DNA from: Octopus vulgaris
Taxonomy: Eukaryota
DNA length: 64,000 nucleotides
Assembly: GCA_951406725.2 (NCBI GenBank)
Contig: OX597823.1
Location: 30,008,001 to 30,072,000 of the forward strand
Direction: 5' to 3'
The notes below the pieces were generated by a model that searched no databases, was not told the DNA's origin, and saw only the letters and a list, made by a program, of their open reading frames with translations. The stretch's first letter is position 1. Each line of letters opens with the position of its first letter. A program made the position numbers and the translations under genes. Positions 56,012 through 64,000 of this stretch are shown piece by piece.

Positions 56012-56235
56012 CAGTAATCTCTCGACTATCGCGGGTGTTACGTTCCAAAAATACCCCGCAATAGGTGAATATCCGCGAAGTACAAACGGTACAGTACTGT
56101 ATATTTTTTTTTAATATTTTTATAATTTGTATATATTTATTGTATTAAAAATGCAAAACAACACCAGGAAGAAATCGAAGTAAGCTTAAATAATAAACCG
56201 CGATAGGTGAACCACGATATGGCGCGGGATTATTG
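56012..56235. mobile_element. Tigger/pogo-type MITE
   Basis: TA|cagtaatctctcgactatcgcgg...ccacgatatggcgcgggattattg|TA. Confidence 0.75.
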
Positions 56236-56237
56236 TA

Positions 56238-56710
56238 CAACAATAAGCTGACCAACACTACAAAAATGAAGATATACCAGGCATGTGTACTTCGCACTCT
56301 ACTGTATGAAAGTGAGACTTGGACGCCATACATACGCCAAGAGCGTCGTCTAAATATCTTTCACCTGCGCTGCCTCCGGAAAATCCTTGGCATCAAATGG
56401 CAGAATCATGACACCAACAAAGATGTCCTTAAGTAAGCAGCAATACCAAGCATGTTTGCACCCCTCACACAAAGACGTATGAGATGGCTTGGAGATGTTT
56501 AGCCGTATGGAAGATGGCAGAATCCCCAAGGACATACACTACGGAAAGCTTGCTAGGGGCACTAGGTTTGTGGGAAGACCGTTCTTACGATACAAGGATG
56601 TTTGCAAAAGGGACATGAAGGCCTGCAACATCAATATTAGCAACTGGGAAGCAGTTGCCAGCAACCGTGGAGATTGGCGACGTACCGTAAAGGAGGGAAC
56701 ACAAAGGAGT

Positions 56711-56751
<41 letters not shown>

Positions 56752-56982
56752 CATGGAAAGACAGGAAAAGACAGGAAAAGACGTCAACAAGAAACTATGA
56801 CATTACAACCAGCCAGGCAAAGTCTTCACTACATTTGCGGCACCTGCCAGAGGGGGGTGTTTGTCCAGGATAGGACTACACAGCCACAGCATGAGATGTA
56901 TTAGGACATGAAATGTAAAAGCCGGGCTAGATTATTCTATACGCAACTCCATTGTCTCCCAAGACAAAAAGGATGCCAACAA
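56238..56982 (+). pseudogene. RTE (BovB-like) LINE 3' fragment
   Basis: TKMKIYQACVLRTLLYESETW...FHLRCLRKILGIKWQ, RMEDGRIPKDIHYGKL...GRPFLRYKDVCKRDMK, and terminal ...gtctcccaagac..aggatgccaacaac. Confidence 0.88.
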
Positions 56983-57022
56983 CGTTTTGTTAAATTTCTG
57001 CTGCTTTTAAATAAAGTATGTG

Positions 57023-57068
<46 letters not shown>

Positions 57069-57069
57069 C

Positions 57070-57151
<82 letters not shown>

Positions 57152-57778
57152 TTAAGCTTTGTATATTTACTAGAAACCAGATCCGTCCTAATAGAAAGAC
57201 TTCATATAATTAAAAACCAAAACGAACAACATGCATGATATTTGTTCTACCTTCACTGATAATTACTGTCTCCTACGGCTTCCTAGTTGTCAATGGCATC
57301 TCTGACTTTCCGTTCATGACCTGTCAGATGACTATTCAGTCCCGTTGCAAATCTGCAAGATTTAAATAAAGCACAGGTGACAAACCAAAGTTGTAACTAA
57401 CTACGCGCTTCCGTCTTGTTACATCTGCACACGTCGCCATACTTCCATCGTCATAGGACTTCCACTTGATGGAACGACAAACGAGGTCATCATAATGATA
57501 AGTTTGTACGTCATTGGATTATAGCGACAAACACTTGCACGGAACGAGAGCCTCTATCTGAGTGTCTATCGTTGTTATTTAGTGACGTGCATGTTATATG
57601 ATATATCTGTATTCGATTCCTGCAGTTTCCTTCCACCGAATTCCCTGACAAAGCATTGACTATGCCGGAGCTACAGCAGAAGACAACTGCCTAAGGTGAA
57701 GGGCAGTGGAATTGAACCTGCAATTGCGTCATGTGAAACGGACTCCTTAACCATAGAGTAGTAATATTCTTATCTACT

Positions 57779-58390
57779 AAGGCGGCGAGCTGGCAGAGAC
57801 GTTAGCACACCGGGCGAAATGCTTAGCTGTATTTCGTGTGTCTTTACGTTCTGAGTTCAAATTCCGCCGAGTTCGACTTTGCTTTTCGTTCTTTCGGGGT
57901 CGATAAATTAAGTACCAGTTTCGTACTGGGGGGTCGATCGAATCGACTGACCTTCATCCCCTAAAATTTCGGATCTTGTGCCTAGAGTAGAAAAGAATAT
58001 TCCTTTCTAGTCTAGTACAAGGCATGAAATATTGTGGGAGAAGCTAAGTCGATTACATCGACCTCAGTACGCAACTGGTACTTAATTTCATCGACCTTAA
58101 AATGATGGAGGGTAACGTTGACCTCAGAAGGTAAAGACGGACAAAATACCGCTAAGCATTTTGTCCGGGATGCTAACGACTCTGTAAGTCGCCCCTTAAA
58201 CTACACCGTAATATTGATTTCAAATTTTAGCACAAGGCCAGCGTCTTTAGCGGAGGGATAAGTGGATCACACTGATCCCCCGCCCCTCAATGTTCAAGTG
58301 GTTCTTATTTTATCGACACTGAAAAGATGAAAGACAAACTCAACCGAGATGGAAGTTGAACTCAGACGGACGAAATACCGCTAAGCATTA
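57779..58390. mobile_element. SINE-like family C copies in opposing orientations
   Basis: Plus copy starts aaggcggcgagctggcagagacgttagc; reverse copies follow. Confidence 0.8.
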
Positions 58391-58394
58391 CTCG

Positions 58395-58774
58395 TGGCAC
58401 TCCGACGGTTACGATGACGATGGTTCCAGTTGATCTGATCAAGGGAACAGCCTGCTCGTGAAATTAACGTGTAAGTGGCTGAGCACTCCACAGACACGTG
58501 TACCCTTAGCATAATTCTCGGAGAGATTCAGCGTGACACAGAGTGTGACAAGGCTGGCTCCTTTGAAATGCAGGTACAAGAGAAACAGGAAGGAAGAGCG
58601 AGAAAGCTGTGGTGAAAGAGTACAGCAGGGCTCGCCACTACTCCACTGCCGGAGACTCGTGGAGCTTTAGGTGTTTTCGCTCAATAAACACCCACAACGC
58701 CCGATCTGGGAATCGAAACCGCGATCCTACGACCGCGTGTGCGCTCCCCTTACCACTGGGCCACTGCGCCTCCA
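58395..58774 (-). mobile_element. SINE family A
   Basis: Full-length reverse copy. Confidence 0.9.
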
Positions 58775-58784
58775 CACACTATAC

Positions 58785-59009
58785 CAGGGGTGGGCAAACT
58801 TTTTTGATCGCGGGCCGCACAGTGCGTCTTTGGAACCTTGGCGGGCCTCATTTATAAAAATCAAGTGAAAATATTTTTAAAGGCGGTTATAGACCTATAA
58901 ACACACAATTGATTGAAAGGAAATTTTGTGAAATATTCCTCTCGGCGGGCCGCATGAAAACCTATGGCGGGCCGCATGCGGCCCGCGGGCCGTAGTTTGC
59001 CCACCCCTG
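58785..59009. mobile_element. hAT (Charlie-like) MITE, 225 bp
   Basis: TIRs caggggtgggcaaact / agtttgcccacccctg; 8-bp TSD cactatac at 58777-58784 and 59010-59017. Confidence 0.93.
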
Positions 59010-59510
59010 CACTATACCAAAACATAGATCAAGAGAAAGAGAAACAGAGATAAAGATAGAGATAGAGACAGAGAGCGGGTTGTGGGGGTGGGGTGAAGAG
59101 GTCGTGATAAGGTTATGCGTGAGAGAAGTAGGATGGGAGAGTGAAGTATAAACGGATCAACGAATAGAAGTGAATGAAGGAAAGAGTGAATGAAAGAAAG
59201 AGTGAATGAAAAGGTTAAAATGTGGAATGAGTGGAAAGTAAGAGATAGCTTGATAAAATGGTGGCGGTTAATGGTGGTGGTGGTGGTGGTGGTGATGGTG
59301 GTGGTGGAGGGTTAAAGTGATAGGATTGGGCGTAAGAGGCAGGGTAGTGATGGGGGATGGCAGGAGGTGGGGAAGGAGTGATAAACTGAAACAAAAAACA
59401 AAAGAGACACTTCAGAGATAGTCTTTCAACTTTGACTTGTTAAAACATTTGACTGACATACTTTCTCTCTCTCCCTCTCACTCTCTCTCTCTCTCTCTCT
59501 CTCTCTATCA

Positions 59511-59550
<40 letters not shown>

Positions 59551-59714
59551 GTAACAATGTCCTCTAAGCATCACTTTACACGCCATCCATAATTGTTGCA
59601 ATCCTCTCATTACATATTTCTGCTGGTGGGACAGTTGAGGTACTGTGGTGGTGGTGGTGCTGCTGCTGCCGGTGATGGTGGTGGTGGTGGGGCTGGTGCT
59701 GGTGCTGCTGTTGC

Positions 59715-60088
59715 TGTTGAGCGAACGGTCTTCGTCCCAGAGCTCGCAAGATGGGAGAAGTCCGAAACGTGGTCCTTTGCTATTCATAAGACCCGCAGAA
59801 GAGAAAGCAGGTCAACCCCCGACACCGAGAGCATCAACGGGTGGATGAATGCGCATCCAGGCTCAGCGTAGGTTGCGTAGGAAGTCGGGGACAAGAAACA
59901 GGAAGAAAGAGTGAGAGAAAGTTGGAGCGAAAGAGTACAACAGGGGTCGCCACCCCCCCCTGCCGGAGCCTCGTGGAGCTTTAGGTGTTTTCGCTCAATA
60001 AACACACACAACGCCCGGTCTGGGAATCGAAACCGCAATCCTCCGACCGCGAGTCCGCTATCCTAACCACTGGGCCATTGCGCCTCCA
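59715..60088 (-). mobile_element. SINE with family A head and a third type of 3' module
   Basis: Head and body match family A up to tcttcctgtttcttg, then an unrelated ~175-bp tail ending in (CAG/CAA)-rich repeats. Confidence 0.75.
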
Positions 60089-60089
60089 C

Positions 60090-60795
60090 TTGCTGGGGCT
60101 GGTGGTGCTGGTGGTGCTGGTGCTGGTGGAGCTGCTGGTGCTGGTGCTGCTGGTGCTGCTGATGCTGGTGCTAGTGCTGGTGCTGCTGGTGCTGGTGCTG
60201 CTGGTGCTGCTGGTGCTGGTGCTGCTGGTGCTGGTGCTGCTGGTGCTGCTGGTACTGGTGCTGGTGCTGCTGGTGCTGATGCTGCTGGTGCTGGTGCTGC
60301 TGGTGCTGGTGCTGGTGCTGGTGCTGCTGGTGCTGCTGGTGCTGGTGCTGCTGGTGCTGCTGGTGCTGGTGCTGCTGGTGCTGGTGCTGCTGCTGGTGTT
60401 GGAGCTGGTACTGCTGGTGCTGCTGGTGCTGCTGGTGCTGATGCTGCTGGTGCTGGTGCTAGTGCTGCTGGTGCTGCTGGTGATGCTGCTGGTGTTGGAG
60501 CTGGTGCTGCTGGTGCTGGTGCTGCTGCTGCTGGGCTGCTGGTGCTGGTGCTTCTGGTGCTGGTGCTGCTGGTGCTGGTGCTGGTGGTGCTGGTGCTGCT
60601 GCTGGTGTTGGAGCTGGTGCTGCTGGTGCTGGTGCTTCTGGTGCTGGTGCTGCTGGTGCTGATGCTGCTGGTGCTGGTGCTAGTGCTGCTGGTGCTGCTG
60701 GTGATGCTGCTGGTGTTGGAGCTGGTGGCGCTGCTGATGCCGGTGACGGCGGCGGCAGCAGTGGTGGTTACTGTAGTAGTGGTAGTGGTGATGAT
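60090..60795. repeat. (CTG/GTG)n compound trinucleotide repeat
   Basis: Continuous ctg/gtg triplets for ~700 bp. Confidence 0.95.
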
Positions 60796-61171
60796 AGCGC
60801 TGGAAGGAACGTTAGTTTCCAACCAGACCCTTACCTGTTGACCAATAAATCTAAGCAGCACTGTATTACTCTTCTCTTCTGTGATAAAGATATTCCCATC
60901 TGAAATACTTTAGAACAAGACTGCGGAACTTCTCGGGACGATTGGCAAGTTTATAAAAGACTGAGAGAACGTGCAGTTCTTGGAACAATAAGGGGTTGAT
61001 CAGTTTTACAAATTCATAAGTATGCAATATTTTGGATTTGATTTGCAAGAATCTTGCTTTGAATTGGTGTGTTGAAACATATCTCTTTGTGTCTCCGGAG
61101 GGTACCAAATGGTACCGGGTTCAGTCCCATTGCGTGGCACCGTGGGCCGACCAAAGTCTTGTAAGTGGATT

Positions 61172-61225
<54 letters not shown>

Positions 61226-61561
61226 TAATTGTTAAGTATCCCACCCGTGAGGGATTTATGATAGATGTGTCGAAACGATAGTCGTGATTAATAATAAATT
61301 ATTGTATATTCCATCTTCTGTCTTTCTCTTCTCTGTTTATTTTTTTCTTAATCCTCTCTCTTGAAGAGCGTAGGCTTCAAACGTAAAAGACTTTTTCATT
61401 TTTCCCGCGCGTCAAACTAATACACTTGCTTGTTGTTCCTACACCTGTTTTCGTCTTTGGTTTTTCTATAAATTTCAACAATATATATATATATATATAT
61501 TTGTAAAAAAAAAGAAGTTTGAAAACGCCACTATATTAGATAAATTTTAATTTTCTTATGA

Positions 61562-61606
61562 ATTTTACATGTTTCGGTTCTTGAAAAAACGAACCTTATC
61601 AAAAAT
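61562..61606 (-). ncRNA. Minimal type I hammerhead (U3-A8 variant)
   Basis: Minus strand: attt-TTGATAA-ggttc-gttttttcaa-gaacc-GAAA-catg-TA-aaat. About 60 bp from (TA)n; partial direct duplicate at ~61687-61730. Confidence 0.65.
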
Positions 61607-62013
61607 ATTATAAAAAGTGTAATGGAGAAGAAAAGTGTAATGGAGAAGTTCATAATCGTTTCTTACTGGTCTCAATAGAATCCATGTTCTTGAAAAAACG
61701 AACCTTGTCAAAAATATTATAAAAAGTGAAAATTGAAAAATTCATAATCGTTTCTTACTGTTCTCAATAGAATCCATGTGGTGGTGTTTTGTCGGTAGTT
61801 GGTATAATCGCTATAGTACTTTTGAGCATATTGAAGAAGTCCATTATTGTTTCTTGCTGGTATTAAAAGGAACCGCTTTTTTGTTACCTTGTGTTCCAAT
61901 GGTAGCAACAGTAGTGATTGTTAGTCGTAGTAGTTGGTCGTAATTTTGGCAACCTTGGTGGTGGTTGGGGTTAGTAGTAGAGGACTGTTGATCGTAGCAG
62001 CAATAGTGGTAGG

Positions 62014-62151
<138 letters not shown>

Positions 62152-62163
62152 ATGTATGTATAT

Positions 62164-62335
62164 AGGTGCAGGTGTGGCTATGTGGTAAGAAACTTGCTTC
62201 TCAACCATATGGTTATGGGTTCAATCCCATTGCATGGCATATTGGGCAAGTGTCTTCTACTATAGCCTCGGAATCTCGGGCCGACCAAAGCCTTGTGAAT
62301 GGATTTAGTAGACGGAAACTGAAAGCCCGTCGCAG
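62164..62335 (+). mobile_element. SINE family B, 5' half
   Basis: Head similarity. Confidence 0.8.
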
Positions 62336-62365
62336 GTCTGTGTGTGTGTGTGTGCGTGTGTGTGC

Positions 62366-62421
<56 letters not shown>

Positions 62422-62826
62422 GTGTGTGTGTGTGTGTGAACGCTGCTGCAGATCAAGAGCAGGCATTGTAGCCCACATTGTGAACCTGCTAGATATTTCT
62501 GAAATACATACATATGTATGTATAAATATATGTATAAATTAATGTACACACACACACACATACACAAACATACATGAATATATATATGTATGCTCGACTA
62601 ATTGATGTAAGTGATAAGTAGCCGCTGACTGCGTTACTTTATCTGACACATTATTTTTGTACGATTTTGTAAGCTAGATTTTGTAAGCTGATTTTGTAAG
62701 GGAATGTCAGTCTTTCGCAGAGAAGAGCCTTTGTATGAAACATTTTGGGCCCTCGTAAGGTAAGAGATTATTGCGCCAACGTGTGCATGTGTTTGTGTGT
62801 CTATGGGAGAGATAAGGGAAGGGAGA

Positions 62827-62869
<43 letters not shown>

Positions 62870-63057
62870 AGAGAAAGAGACTGATTTAGTTTAAACCTTT
62901 GAGAGTGTCAATGTGAGTCGGGGGAGGGGTTCGATGTCACTGTGGCCGTGGAGTTTAAATGCGTTTGTATGTTGGTTGGCTGATAGTTCGTATTTGAAGT
63001 GAGTGACAATGTACATTGATTTCTTCGCACCTGCTTGCTGACAGGAAGAAGTTATAT

Positions 63058-63450
63058 TCTTTTCTACTCTAGGCACAAGGCCCGAAATTTTTTTTGGGGG
63101 GGTCCAGTCGATCAGATCGACTCCAGTACGCAACTGGTACTTAATTTATCGACCCCGAAAGGATGAAAGGTGAAGTCGACCTCGGCGGAATTTGAACTCA
63201 GAACGTAAAGACAGGCGAAATACCTATTTCTTTACTACCCACAAGGTGCTAAACACAGAGAGGACAAACAGGGACAGACAAACAGATTAAGTCGATAACA
63301 TCGACCCCAGTGCGTAACTGGTACTTAATTTATCGACCCCGAAAGGATGAAAGCAAAGTCGGCGGAATTTGAACTCAGAACGTAATGGCAGACGAAATAC
63401 TGCTTAGCCTTTCGCCCGGCGTGCAAACGTTTCTACCAGTGCACCGCCTT
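63058..63450 (-). mobile_element. SINE-like family C, internal tandem duplication
   Basis: Same tandem layout as 36400-37010. Confidence 0.85.
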
Positions 63451-63453
63451 CGC

Positions 63454-63568
<115 letters not shown>

Positions 63569-63605
63569 GTGATGATGGTGGTGATGATGGTGGTGATGAT
63601 GGTGG

Positions 63606-63672
<67 letters not shown>

Positions 63673-63688
63673 AATAATAATAATAATA

Positions 63689-63720
<32 letters not shown>

Positions 63721-64000
63721 CATCATCATTTCTACTATAGGCACAAGGCCTGAAATTTGAAAGGAGGGGATTAATGGTTTCAAATTTTGTCTCGTGGCCA
63801 GCAGGTTCGGAGGAGGGGGTAAGTCGATTGAAGGGAATATATCCGAAGAGTTAGGAGAATATTACAACTGAAATTCAATGGCCATAAACTCGAGAGCAGT
63901 AGCTATTACCTCTTCCTTTTCCACCAATACCAACACCATCGCTACCATCACCACCACTGTTACCATCACCAAAACCAGAATAATCAAATAGACAAATAAA

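Noticed and set aside
59985-60861. Long ORFs of 225 and 267 aa on both strands
   Set aside because: Stop-free (CTG/GTG)n repeat joined to a SINE head; no domain content.

Overview
AT-rich, microsatellite-dense eukaryotic DNA. The tRNA-derived SINE types and (TA)n/(CA)n/(TATC)n load suggest an octopus genome (inference). No intact host gene is recognisable; there are only two weak exon candidates on the minus strand, and nearly all listed ORFs are microsatellite translations. The window is a mosaic of mobile elements: several SINE families, R4/Dong-like, RTE-like and Tx1/L1-like LINE fragments, mariner and Tigger/pogo relics, hAT and Tigger MITEs and a non-autonomous Helitron. It also holds a ~4 kb head-to-head palindrome of a 5'-truncated Penelope-like element (RT YLDD plus C-terminal GIY-YIG). 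The main unannotated signal is about a dozen convincing type I hammerhead ribozyme motifs, plus degenerate ones, read by eye. Many sit in short non-coding elements that are terminally redundant and/or folded back and lie in (TA)n tracts. These look like a family of retrozyme-like non-autonomous partners of Penelope-like elements. All folds and family assignments were made by eye and need computational confirmation.
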